DNA of 64,000 bases from positions 64,048 through 128,047 of the forward strand of contig CAWEUD010000005.1 of NCBI GenBank assembly GCA_963812115.1, given 5' to 3'. A program made the position numbers and the translations under genes. This DNA is from an uncultured Chloroflexia bacterium (lineage in GTDB: Bacteria; Chloroflexota; Limnocylindria; QHBO01). The notes under the pieces were generated by a model. That model searched no databases. It was given only the letters and a program-made list of their open reading frames with translations, and was not told the origin of the DNA. Positions 10,052-19,193 of this stretch are shown here, piece by piece (the first letter of the stretch is position 1; each line of letters begins with the position of its first letter).

Positions 10052-11469
10052 CTAGCGCGCATAGCGGACGCCGCCACCGCGCCGCTCCTTGTTGAGCCGC
10101 CGGTTGAGGTGCAGTCCCTCCAGGACGAACTCGACGCCGGAGGCGAGTCCGGCCGGGGATTCGCCCACGTCGAGCCGGCCCACCGCGCGGCCGAGCTCCG
10201 GGATCTCCTTGGCGAGGCGCTCGTGGTGAGAGGATGGGACGCCTTCACCGGCCTCGGCATCGGCGCCGGAATCGAACTGCTCGATCAGCGGGACGAGCTC
10301 GGAGAGCGGGAAGTGGCGGTTGAAGACGTTGACGATCGCCCGCTGCACCAGCTTCTCGATCACGCGGTCCTCGCGCGTCTCGTCGCCCAGCGTCTCGAGC
10401 TCGATCTTGCCGGCGGTCGATGCCACCACCGCCGGCAGGTCGCTGATGCGCGGCGCCGCCACCGGCTCACCGAGCCGCACGGCGCGCTTCAGCGCCGCCG
10501 CCAGGAGCGTCTCGTGGTTCGCGATCGTCACGCGCACGCTCACGCCGGAGCGCTGGCTCACCTCCGACGAGCGGCGGGCGAGCTGCGAGAGCTCGGCCAC
10601 GATCTCGCGCATGAAGCCGGGCACCTGCACCGGGACCGATGTCGACGCCTCGTCCTCGAAGGCCATCCGCTCGGCCTCCACGATGGCGATCTCCACTTCG
10701 GGATCCTCGGGGTAGTGCGTGCGAATCTGCGCCCCGAAGCGGTCCTTCAGCGGCGTGATGATCCGTCCACGGCTGGTGTAGTCCTCTGGGTTTGCCGATG
10801 CGATCACGAACAGGTCGAGCTCCAGGCGGACCTTGTAGCCGCGGATCTGGACGTCGCGCTCCTCCATCAGGTTGAGGAGTCCGACCTGGATCCGCTCCGC
10901 CAGGTCGGGCAGCTCGTTGAGGGCGAAGATGCCCCGGTTGGTGCGCGGCAGCAGGCCGTAGTGGATCGTCAGCGCATCGGAGAGGTAGCGGCCCTCGGCC
11001 ACCTTGATCGGGATCCACCTCGCCGACGAGGTCCGCGATGGTGATGTCCGGTGTCGCCAGCTTCTCGCCGTAGCGATCGTCGCGATGCAGCCAGGCGATG
11101 GGCGTCTCGTCGCCGTACTGGGCGACCTGGGCGCGCGCGAACGGGCTGACCGGATCGAGCGGATCATCGTGAAGCTCCGCCCCGGCGACCTCCGGCACCC
11201 ACTCGTCGAGGAGCGCGACCAGCGAGCGCGCGATGCGGCTCTTGGCCTGGCCCCGCTCCCCCAGCAGGATGATGTCCTGCCCGGCGATGATCGCGTTCTC
11301 GATCTGCGGCAGGACCGTCTCGGTCGTAGCCCAGGATCCCCGGCAGGAACGTCTCGCTGCTGCGCAGCTGCGCCAGCAGGTTCGCGCGCATCTCCTCCTT
11401 CACGCTGCGCGGCCGATAACCGGAGGCGCGCAGCTCAGTGAGCGTGGCGATGGTGGGGGCTGAGGTCAT
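10052..11469 (-). CDS. AAA+ ATPase (Mg-chelatase-like, Rv0958 type), frameshifted near 11323 and 11010
   Basis: Reconstructed over three frames: 'TLTELRASGYRPRSVKEEMRANL', Walker A 'LGERGQAKS', '[25 protein letters not shown]', Walker B 'IFALNELPDL', 'ASANPEDYTSRGRIITPLKDRFG'. Confidence 0.87.
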
Positions 11470-12410
11470 GCGCTGGCTCCTTCGGACGGCTGGGACGCTG
11501 GGAGATGCGGGTAGCTGGCAACGGCGACGGCCACCTCGGCCGGCCCGCAGACGCCGCGCTCGTCGAGCGCGGCGAGGAAGGCCGCACGGGAAGCGAGCTC
11601 GCGCTCGAGCTCACCGACGTCGGTCCCGAGGGATGCGGCCAGGGCAGCATAGGCCGCGTCGTCATGCACCAGGGCCCGCGAGCTGCGACCGCCGTCGTCG
11701 GGCAGCGTCGGCGGGACGGGCAGGCGCTGGGCGCCGGTGAGGCTGGGCGAGCGGCCGCCGTCGAGCGCGGCCAGCCTGACCGGCGCGAGGTCTCCCGCAG
11801 CATCGGTCCGCAGGTGCCACGCCTCCTCGACGCGCCGGTACATCCCGGCGGGCGTGAAGTAGGCCGAGTACTGGAGGTAGAGCGTCAGGCCCGCGAGGTC
11901 GGCGTCCGCGGAGCGCAGCTCGCCGCGCAGGCAGGCCAGCGCCTCGTCGAGCGAATCGGCGTGCATCGTCCCCCGAGTCCGTAGCCCTGCCCGGCCAGGC
12001 GGAGCGCCGCCCGCGCGTTGGCGCCCCAGACGTAGATCGGCAGGTGGTCGCTCATCTCGTTGACGAGCAGGTAGCCGCGATCGGCGCCGATCTCATCGGT
12101 CCACGACATGTCGTGGCCCCAGCCGCGCAGGAAGACACCCACCGTGTCGTCGGGCAGGAAGTCGACCAGGGCGGACAGCGTGGTGGTCTTGCCGGCCTGC
12201 GGGGCCTCAGAGGCGAGCATCACCCCGCGGCGGCGAGCGACGACCGTCCACAGGGTCGCCATCAGCCGTGCGTCGAGGCTGCCGGAGCGGATGATCTCGA
12301 CCGCGCTCATCGGCCGCGGCAGCGTCCAGTGGTACCCCCACCAGCCCTCCGGAAAGCGTCGGTACCAGTCGACGAGCGCGCGGTCCATGGTGTCCCGCAC
12401 GGTACGCGGC
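11466..12410 (-). CDS. CpaF/VirB11-like P-loop ATPase core without N-terminal domain, frameshifted near 11972
   Basis: Walker A 'EAPQAGKTT', Walker B-like 'LLVNEMS', His-box 'G-TMHADS' restored by adding one G to a G5 run; start approximate. Confidence 0.7.
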
Positions 12411-12587
12411 ATGCCCGCGGGGTGCAACCAGCCGAGCCCGCGAGCCGCCCGCACCCGGACCTTCGGTACCCGGGCCGAAACAGGACCCAGGCGCGGCCAT
12501 CGCACACGCACATTTGGGGCGTGCGGTGGACTCTGGTCCAGATCTGGGTAATTGCCAAGTACTACCTCCGACGGGTCTCATCTGGGT

Positions 12588-13274
12588 ATGACTCGTAGCC
12601 TTTCGCCGCCGACCTCCGCCGCGGACGCCCGCGACGCCTACCGCGCCTTCGCGGTGGCCGTCGAACGGATGCGGGACGGCGAGCAGGTGGTGGCGCTCAT
12701 CAATCCTGACGCGCTGTCGCTGGATCCCGGTGCGTCGAGCGTCTGGTTGAGTGCGCGGCTCACGATCGGCGAGCTCCAGCGGCGCTTCCTGCCGCAGTGC
12801 GACGAGCGGTGCCGAAACGTTCCCCACGATCCCCACGCCTTCGTGGTCCTTGCCGACCTCGTCCTCGACCCGACCGAGGCTCGCCGGATATCGTGGTGGG
12901 AGGCATGGACGGACAGCCTGCAGCGCGCCCAGCGCCTGCAGGACATCTGGTACGCCGGAGCTCCGGTCCTCCCCGATTCGCCGGATGCGCTGCGCCTGGC
13001 GGCCGGCACCAGTCTCACCCGGCTGACCGCCACCGATCCCTACTGGGTCCACTACGACAATACCGACCAGGAGGTCCTGTACCGGATCGAAGATGGCTCC
13101 CACGCTGGCGACGCGTTGATCGCCACGTCGTTCGGCCTGTCGGCGCTGCTGCCCGGCCTGGCCGGCTCGCTGATTGCTCCTGACCACCCCACGGCCCGGG
13201 ATCCCGACACGGCCGCACGCATGCTGGCGGCCGGCTGGTCCGCCGTCGAACGCGGGCTCCCCTTCGAGAACTAG
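12588..13274 (+). CDS. Hypothetical protein
   Basis: Clean ~228-aa ORF with globular composition (several Trp/Tyr/His), divergent from the ATPase operon. Confidence 0.65.
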   Translation: MTRSLSPPTSAADARDAYRAFAVAVERMRDGEQVVALINPDALSLDPGASSVWLSARLTIGELQRRFLPQCDERCRNVPHDPHAFVVLADLVLDPTEARRISWWEAWTDSLQRAQRLQDIWYAGAPVLPDSPDALRLAAGTSLTRLTATDPYWVHYDNTDQEVLYRIEDGSHAGDALIATSFGLSALLPGLAGSLIAPDHPTARDPDTAARMLAAGWSAVERGLPFEN

Positions 13275-13736
13275 TCCGGACTTCCTGCCGAGCCCAGGAG
13301 CCATCGCTGCCGGGCCGCGCGCCAGATGAACGTGGCCCGCATCACCCCGCCGGCGAACCAATCGAGCATCGCCCCCACGCGGCCTCCCGGCCCCACCCGG
13401 AAGTCGATCTCGTCGTGGATCCAGGTCCCGCGACCCGCCGGGCTGAAGCTGTGCGTGTGGTGGAAGCGCGCGACCGGGCCGGAGAGCGTCTCGTCGACGA
13501 AGCGCTGCGGCGCCTCGCGTTCCAGCAGGCGGACGACCCAGCGCCGTCGCAACGGCCCGATCCCGTAGCTGAACGTGAAGACGCTGCCCGGTTGCGGCGG
13601 CGCCGGCTCGACCGCCTCGAGCCGAATGCGAGACCGGCGGCGGCATCAGGCGACCGAGGTTGGCCGGATCGTCGAAGAAGGCGAAGACCTCCTCGATGGG
13701 TGCCGCCACCCACGCGCGGCTGCGGACGGTTGGCAT
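13271..13736 (-). CDS. SRPBCC/START-fold protein, frameshifted near 13630
   Basis: 'AAPIEEVFAFFDDPANLGRLMPP' then a frame switch to 'FVDETLSGPVARFHHTHSF..GTWIHDEIDF'. Confidence 0.82.
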
Positions 13737-13767
13737 GCCGGAGGTACGCGGCAGCGGCGCGGGCGGA

Positions 13768-14049
13768 TCAGGCGGGTGGCAGGAACCGCGGCAGCGCCGT
13801 GGCTGTCGCCACGATGTGGCGGCAGGCCTCCGGGAGGTCGGTGCACGAGCACGTGTAGCCAAAGCGGTCGCCGGTGGCGGTCAGCTCGACGCGCGCCGGC
13901 CCATCCGCCGCGTTGACCGTCGCGACCGCCCGATCCGGCGTGACCGATTCGAACACGACGTCATCGGCCAGGGAGACACCGTCGGCCCAGCCGCGAGCAT
14001 CTGCCAGGGCACGCAGGTACGACTCGGATACGTAGTCGGCCAGGCTCAT
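13768..14049 (-). CDS. Small SWIM zinc-finger protein
   Basis: SWIM motif CxC-x6-CxH 'YTCSCTDLPEACRHIVA'; GGAG SD. Confidence 0.8.
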   Translation of the reverse strand: MSLADYVSESYLRALADARGWADGVSLADDVVFESVTPDRAVATVNAADGPARVELTATGDRFGYTCSCTDLPEACRHIVATATALPRFLPPA

Positions 14050-14073
14050 GATGGGATGGTCTCCTTGCGCTAC

Positions 14074-15570
14074 TCAGGCTCCGAATGGGTTGACCGGCCT
14101 GGACCCGGTCCCGACCAGGATCGCCTTGGTCTCCGTGTAGAGCTCCAGCGCATCGAGCGACTGCTCGCGGCCGTAGCCGGACTCCTTGAAGCCACCGAAG
14201 GGAATGCCGGGGAAGGCCACGAACGGCGTGTTGATGCCGACCGCGCCCGAGCGGACGCGCTGCGCTACGCGGTGGCCGCGAGCCGTATCCCCGGTCCAGA
14301 CCGTGGCCGCCAGCCCGTAGCGGACGTCGTTGGCCCAGCGGATCGCCTCCGCCTCGTCGGCGAAGCGCTGCAGCGTGACGACCGGGCCGAAGACCTCCTC
14401 CTGGGCGATGCGCATCTCGTTCGCGACACCACCGATGACCGTCGGGCGCACGAACGCCTCCGCATCCAGGCCGTCGCCCAGGGTGTCGTCGACTGGACCA
14501 CCGGTCAACAGCTCGCCTCCCTCGTGCACCGCCGACTCGACGTAGCCGAGCACCCTGGCAGCGTGCTCCCTGCTGATCATGGAGCCGATCTGCGTCGTCT
14601 CTGCCAGCGGATCCCCCACACGAAGCGCCGCGGCCTTTTCGGTGAAGGCGCCGGCGAAGCGCTCGTACGCCTCGTCCTGCACCAGCAGACGGCTGCGGGC
14701 CTCGCACGACTGGCCCGCGGAGTAGTAGATGGCCCACAGGGAGCCAAGGACGGCAGCATCCAGGTCCGCGTCGGCGAAGACGATGTTCGGCGACTTTCCG
14801 CCGAGCTCGAGACTGACTCGCTTGAGACTGTCGGACGCGAGCGCGGCGATGCGCCTGCCGGTCTCGGTCTCGCCGGTGAATGCGACCTTGTCGACGCCGC
14901 GGTGCGCGGCAAGCGCCTCGCCCACCCCGGCACCGGGACCCGGGATGACGTTGAGCACCCCGGCCGGAATGCCCGCCTCGAGCGCGAGCTGGCCCAGCGC
15001 CAGCGCGGTCAGGGGCGTGGCCGATGCCGGCTTCAACACGAGCGCGTTGCCGGCGGCGAGCGCCGGCGCGACCTTCCAGATCGCCATCATCAGCGGGTAG
15101 TTCCACGGGATGATGGCCGCACAGACGCCGACCGGCTCGCGAAGCGAGTAGGTCACCACCGACGGGTTCACCACGTGCGAGCGGCCGTAGAGGAACTGAG
15201 CGGCACCGGCGAAGAGCTCGAGCGTGGCAACCCCGGTCTTGATCTCGGCCGCCGCCTGCCACGTCGGCTTGCCGTTGTTGCGCGACTCCAGCTCGGCCAG
15301 CTCGCCGGTCCGCTCGTCGAGCAGCTGGGCCAGGCGATTCAGCGCCCGAGCCCGCTTCGCCGGGCTCGTCTTCGCCCAGGCGCCGTCCAACGCTCCGCGG
15401 GCGGCTACCACCGCGGCGTCAACGTCCGCGCGGCTGGCCTGCGCCACCTCGGCCAGCGGATCGCCGGTGGCAGGGTTGCGAGTGGTGAAGGTGGCGCCCT
15501 CGGCGGCGTCCCGGAAGGTCCCGTCGATCAGGAGACGGGATTCGACGGAGATGGTGGCGGCTTCGCTCAT
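14074..15570 (-). CDS. NAD(P)-dependent aldehyde dehydrogenase
   Basis: 'IIPWNYP', 'LKPAS', 'FTGETETG', 'LELGGKSP', catalytic Cys 'GQSCEA', 'EEVFGPV', 'PFGGFKESGYGRE'. Confidence 0.95.
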   Translation of the reverse strand: MSEAATISVESRLLIDGTFRDAAEGATFTTRNPATGDPLAEVAQASRADVDAAVVAARGALDGAWAKTSPAKRARALNRLAQLLDERTGELAELESRNNGKPTWQAAAEIKTGVATLELFAGAAQFLYGRSHVVNPSVVTYSLREPVGVCAAIIPWNYPLMMAIWKVAPALAAGNALVLKPASATPLTALALGQLALEAGIPAGVLNVIPGPGAGVGEALAAHRGVDKVAFTGETETGRRIAALASDSLKRVSLELGGKSPNIVFADADLDAAVLGSLWAIYYSAGQSCEARSRLLVQDEAYERFAGAFTEKAAALRVGDPLAETTQIGSMISREHAARVLGYVESAVHEGGELLTGGPVDDTLGDGLDAEAFVRPTVIGGVANEMRIAQEEVFGPVVTLQRFADEAEAIRWANDVRYGLAATVWTGDTARGHRVAQRVRSGAVGINTPFVAFPGIPFGGFKESGYGREQSLDALELYTETKAILVGTGSRPVNPFGA

Positions 15571-15623
15571 TGGCGGATGGTACCGCGGCCGTGGCCGCGT
15601 GGCGCGTGGCTATCATGTCGGCC

Positions 15624-16217
15624 ATGCCCGATGAACCGCTCCTCGAGGTGCCCATGCTGCGCGGTGAGCTCATCTGGCTGCGCGCGCTCGGCAAGGCCGA
15701 CTTCGGCGACGAGGCCGGGGCCATCAACCACCCCGACACTGGCCCCAACCTGGGCCTGAAGATGCCGGTTGGCCCCGATGGCGCCGCCGAGTTCGCCCAG
15801 AAGATGCTCGCGCAGCAGGGCAAGACGATCTATGCCTTTGCGATCTGCCCGCTCGGCGATCAACGGGCCATCGGCAACGTCAGCCTGCGCGACATCGACC
15901 GTGAGAACGGCAGCGCGGAGATGGCCGTCGTCATCGTCGACCGCGCCTACCAGGGGCGCGGCTACGGGACCGATGCGGTGCGCTGCATCGTCGACTTCGG
16001 CTTCGGCGAACAGCGTCTCGAACGCATCCACCTCCACGTCTTCGACTACAACCAGCGCGCGAGGCGCTCCTACGAGAAGGCCGGGTTCCAGGTGGACGCG
16101 ACCCTGCGCCACGCGCGATTCCACAACGGAAAGCACCACGACGTGCTCCTGATGTCGGTCCTGCGCGAGGAATGGCTCGCCCAGGACCGCCCGCGGGCGT
16201 GGGACCGGCGCGCCTGA
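15624..16217 (+). CDS. GNAT N-acetyltransferase, RimJ/RimL family
   Basis: 'YQGRGYGTDA', 'HLHVFDYNQRARRSYEKAGF'. Confidence 0.9.
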   Translation: MPDEPLLEVPMLRGELIWLRALGKADFGDEAGAINHPDTGPNLGLKMPVGPDGAAEFAQKMLAQQGKTIYAFAICPLGDQRAIGNVSLRDIDRENGSAEMAVVIVDRAYQGRGYGTDAVRCIVDFGFGEQRLERIHLHVFDYNQRARRSYEKAGFQVDATLRHARFHNGKHHDVLLMSVLREEWLAQDRPRAWDRRA

Positions 16218-16222
16218 CCCCT

Positions 16223-17566
16223 TCAGCCGGCGCGCGGAAGGCTGATCGCGAAGGTCGTGCCGCCCGCTCCCGTCTGCTCCACCCACACGTCGCCGTCGTT
16301 GGCCCGCAGCAGCTCGCGCGCGATGGTCAGGCCGATGCCGCTGCCCGACCGTGATCCGGCAGCCTGTGCCTCCCGCCGCCGAGCCCGATCGGCTCGGTAG
16401 AAGCGCTCGAAGACATGGGCCACGTCCTCGTCCGCGATCCCGCCGCCCTCGTCGGACACGCGGAGCAGGATGGCGTCGGACTCCGCCGACGTCCCGACGG
16501 TCACCACTCCATCGGCGCGGGTGTGCTGCGCGGCATTGGTGAGGACGTTCCGTAGCGCCCGTCCAGCCTGCTGGCGATCTGTCAGCACCGCGAGGTCGCG
16601 AGTGGGCGGCAGCACCACCAATCCCACCCGCCGTTCCGCGAAGAGCGGGCCGAGTGCCCTGGTCGCCTCCCCGACCAGTCCCTCGACCGGCACCCGCTCC
16701 TCGGTCCGCTGCAGCGCGGCGGCCTCCGCTTCCACGAGGTCGCGCAGCTGCACGATGATGCCGCTCATGGCGCTGGCTGCCGCCCTGGCGCGGTCGAGCT
16801 GCTCGGGATCGGCGGGGATCACGCCATCGACCATGGCCTGCAGCTGCGATTCGAGCACGGTGGCCGGTGTCGCCAGGTCGTGGGCCATGTCGCTCGCGGC
16901 GCGTTGCCGCAGCTGCTCTGACTGCTGCAGCCGCTCCGCCATGGCGTTGAAGGCGTCCGCCAGCTGAGCGGACTCACGGTCCGGACCGCCGGCCGCACGG
17001 CTGCCGAGGTCGCCCGCGCCAAGGCGCCGCGCAGCGGCCGCCACGCCGCGCAGCGGGCGCGTGAGCCGATCGGCGAGCAGGGTCGAGACGAGCATCAGCA
17101 CGCCAACGGCGACCAGTCCGGCCACGACGAGGGTGGTATTGAAAACCCGTAGGAACGGCTGGTCCGCGGTGGGCACCTCGACGGCCAGAACCCAACCCGC
17201 GTCGCCCGGGACCGCCTCCTGCACCGTGTCGCTTGCCCGGTTAGCCGGCACGTTGCCCGCCGCTGCCAGCAGCGTCCCATCGGCGGCGCGCAGCTCCGCT
17301 CGGCCGTTCACGGGGCGCGCAATGCGCTGGAGCACGACCTCCACGGCGCGGCGGATGCGCTGCTGCGACAGGTCGATGCCCTCCAGCTGCTGCGCGACGA
17401 GCGTGATCCGATCGCGCTGGACGGCGGTCAGCTCTTCGTTGAGCGAGCGGCTGACGAGGCGGTTGACGGCCAGCCCGGTGATCAGCAGCACGGCGAGGAC
17501 CGCGCCGGAGAGCAGCAGCGCCAGGCGCAGCGAGAGGGGCTGGCCGCGAGCCGGTGCGGCGGTCAT
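16223..17566 (-). CDS. Sensor histidine kinase (2 TM, HAMP, HisKA, HATPase; BaeS-like)
   Basis: H-box 'DMAHDLATP', N-box 'NVLTNAAQH', G-boxes 'DEGGGI', 'GSGIGL'; ATGA overlap with response regulator. Confidence 0.92.
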   Translation of the reverse strand: MTAAPARGQPLSLRLALLLSGAVLAVLLITGLAVNRLVSRSLNEELTAVQRDRITLVAQQLEGIDLSQQRIRRAVEVVLQRIARPVNGRAELRAADGTLLAAAGNVPANRASDTVQEAVPGDAGWVLAVEVPTADQPFLRVFNTTLVVAGLVAVGVLMLVSTLLADRLTRPLRGVAAAARRLGAGDLGSRAAGGPDRESAQLADAFNAMAERLQQSEQLRQRAASDMAHDLATPATVLESQLQAMVDGVIPADPEQLDRARAAASAMSGIIVQLRDLVEAEAAALQRTEERVPVEGLVGEATRALGPLFAERRVGLVVLPPTRDLAVLTDRQQAGRALRNVLTNAAQHTRADGVVTVGTSAESDAILLRVSDEGGGIADEDVAHVFERFYRADRARRREAQAAGSRSGSGIGLTIARELLRANDGDVWVEQTGAGGTTFAISLPRAG

Positions 17567-18267
17567 GCCCGCTCGACGCTGGCCACCAGTCGGTACCCCG
17601 TGGAGGGCACCGTCTCGATGAGCCATGGCCGCCCGGCATCGTCGCCAAGCTTCTTGCGGAGGTTCGCGACGTGCACGTCCACCACGCGCTGGTAGACCTC
17701 GTCGGGACGGCGCGCAACTGCCTGGAGCAGCAGCTCTCGAGCGAGCACGGCGCCCGGGCGGCGCACCAGGGCGCCCAGGAGGTTCGCCTCGCCGGGCGTC
17801 AGGCGTCCAGCGCCGCCATCGGCGAGCGTGTATCCGCGGCTGCGGGGATCGAAGACGAGCCGGCCAGCGGCCAGCGAGAGGACGCCGTCGTCCTCCGCGG
17901 GCGGACGCGTCCGCCGCAGGATTGCCGCCACGCGAGCCGTGAGCTCGTGCGGGTTGAACGGCTTGGCCAGGTAGTCGTCGGCACCGAGGCGCAAGCCCGC
18001 GATGCGCTCGGTATCCGATCGCTTCGCCGAGGTGATGAGCACGGGCACGTCGCCCGCTTCGCGCAGCGCCTCCAGGACGGTCTCGCCCTGCATCCCGGGC
18101 AGCATGAGGTCCAGGATCACCAGGTCAGCGCCGTCGCGGGCATACGCCTGCAGGGCCGTCGGTCCGTCGCCGGCATCGGTCACCGCGTGGCCTTCGCGCT
18201 CGAGGTAGAGGCGGACGAGCTCGCGAAGGCGAGGCTCGTCCTCCACGACCAGGATCCTGGCACCCAT
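17563..18267 (-). CDS. OmpR-family response regulator
   Basis: 'ILVVEDE', 'VILDLMLPG', 'GADDYLAKPF', wHTH 'VDVHVANLRKKL..IETVPSTGYRL'. Confidence 0.95.
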   Translation of the reverse strand: MGARILVVEDEPRLRELVRLYLEREGHAVTDAGDGPTALQAYARDGADLVILDLMLPGMQGETVLEALREAGDVPVLITSAKRSDTERIAGLRLGADDYLAKPFNPHELTARVAAILRRTRPPAEDDGVLSLAAGRLVFDPRSRGYTLADGGAGRLTPGEANLLGALVRRPGAVLARELLLQAVARRPDEVYQRVVDVHVANLRKKLGDDAGRPWLIETVPSTGYRLVASVERA

Positions 18268-18301
18268 GGGCCGAATGCTATCCCGCGGCGGTTCAGGAAA
18301 T

Positions 18302-18339
18302 ATCAAGACGCACGTCGCCGATCTTGATGCGATCTGAAT
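18302..18339. promoter_or_regulatory. Putative regulator binding sites in divergent RR/secreted-protein intergenic region
   Basis: Inverted repeat ATCAAGA-N13-TCTTGAT (18302-18328) overlapping an 11-bp-period direct repeat GATCTTGA/GATCTGAA. Confidence 0.5.
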
Positions 18340-18396
18340 CGCCAATGCCGATGCTGAAGGCGCACTCGATCCCTGCAGACCGAAAGGAATGGACCG

Positions 18397-19140
18397 ATGA
18401 AGACCCTCAAGGCGCTGGGGCTGGCGGGCAGCCTGGTTGCCGCTGCCCTCGTTGGCGGCACGCTCATCAGCGTCGTCTCCGCCAGCCCGGGCTCTCCCGC
18501 CCGCAGCGGCACCGGCATCGTTGCCGACGATTCGGACGCCGGCGCCTACTGTGACCTCTGGCGCCAGGCATTCGCCGATGCGCTCGGCGTCGCCGTGGAC
18601 GACCTGGCGCCTGCCGGCAAGGCCGCTGCGATCGCCACCATCGACCAGGCGGCGGCCAGCGGTGACCTGCCACAGGACGTCGCGACCCGCATGAAGGAGC
18701 GCATCGAGGCGGCGGACGGCGACGGCTGCCGGCTGCTCGGCGCCGGCTTCATGGGCCTGGGACACCACGCGGCGCGGGCGGACTTCCGCTTCGACTGGGT
18801 GACGGCCGCAGCTGATGCGCTGATCATGGAGCCGGGAGATCTCGCGAGCGCACTGCGCGCCGGCGACTCGTTGCAGGACGTGGCCGAGGCGCAGGGCGTC
18901 GACTACGATGACGTCTCACAGGCGATCCTCGACGCCGCCCGGGCGGACCTCGACGCGCTCGTCGCGGCAGGCAGGATCACCCAGGAGCGGGCAGATCTGC
19001 GCCTGGCGAACCTTTCCGATCGTCTCGACGCGGACGACTTCCCGCCACGGCGCGGAGCCGGTCCCGGCTTCGGCCACGGGATGCGCCACGCGCCGGCGGG
19101 GGGCGGAAGCGGCGACGGCATCGACGCGCTCAGCAGCTGA
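18397..19140 (+). CDS. Secreted alpha-helical hypothetical protein with Gly/His-rich tail
   Basis: GAAAGGA SD; signal peptide 'MKTLKALGLAGSLVAAALVGG'; 'GDSLQDVAEAQGV', 'GRITQERAD' helical motifs. Confidence 0.75.
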   Translation: MKTLKALGLAGSLVAAALVGGTLISVVSASPGSPARSGTGIVADDSDAGAYCDLWRQAFADALGVAVDDLAPAGKAAAIATIDQAAASGDLPQDVATRMKERIEAADGDGCRLLGAGFMGLGHHAARADFRFDWVTAAADALIMEPGDLASALRAGDSLQDVAEAQGVDYDDVSQAILDAARADLDALVAAGRITQERADLRLANLSDRLDADDFPPRRGAGPGFGHGMRHAPAGGGSGDGIDALSS

Positions 19141-19145
19141 GGGAG

Positions 19146-19187
19146 AAGCCGGGAGCGCCCCGGCTGCGCGAGTCGCGGTCGGGGCGC
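19146..19187. terminator. GC-rich hairpin between convergent genes (probable bidirectional terminator, no U-tract)
   Basis: GCGCCCCGGCTGCG-cgagt-CGCGGTCGGGGCGC stem, with an alternative AGCCGGG/CCCGGCT pairing. Confidence 0.55.
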
Positions 19188-19193
19188 GGAGCG

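Noticed and set aside
12207-13862. Long alternative-frame and antisense ORFs (e.g. 12207-13862, 13660-15759, 36997-38985, 57409-59544, 57777-58988)
   Set aside because: Arg/Gly/Pro-rich shadow frames typical of ~70% GC DNA, overlapping well-supported genes.
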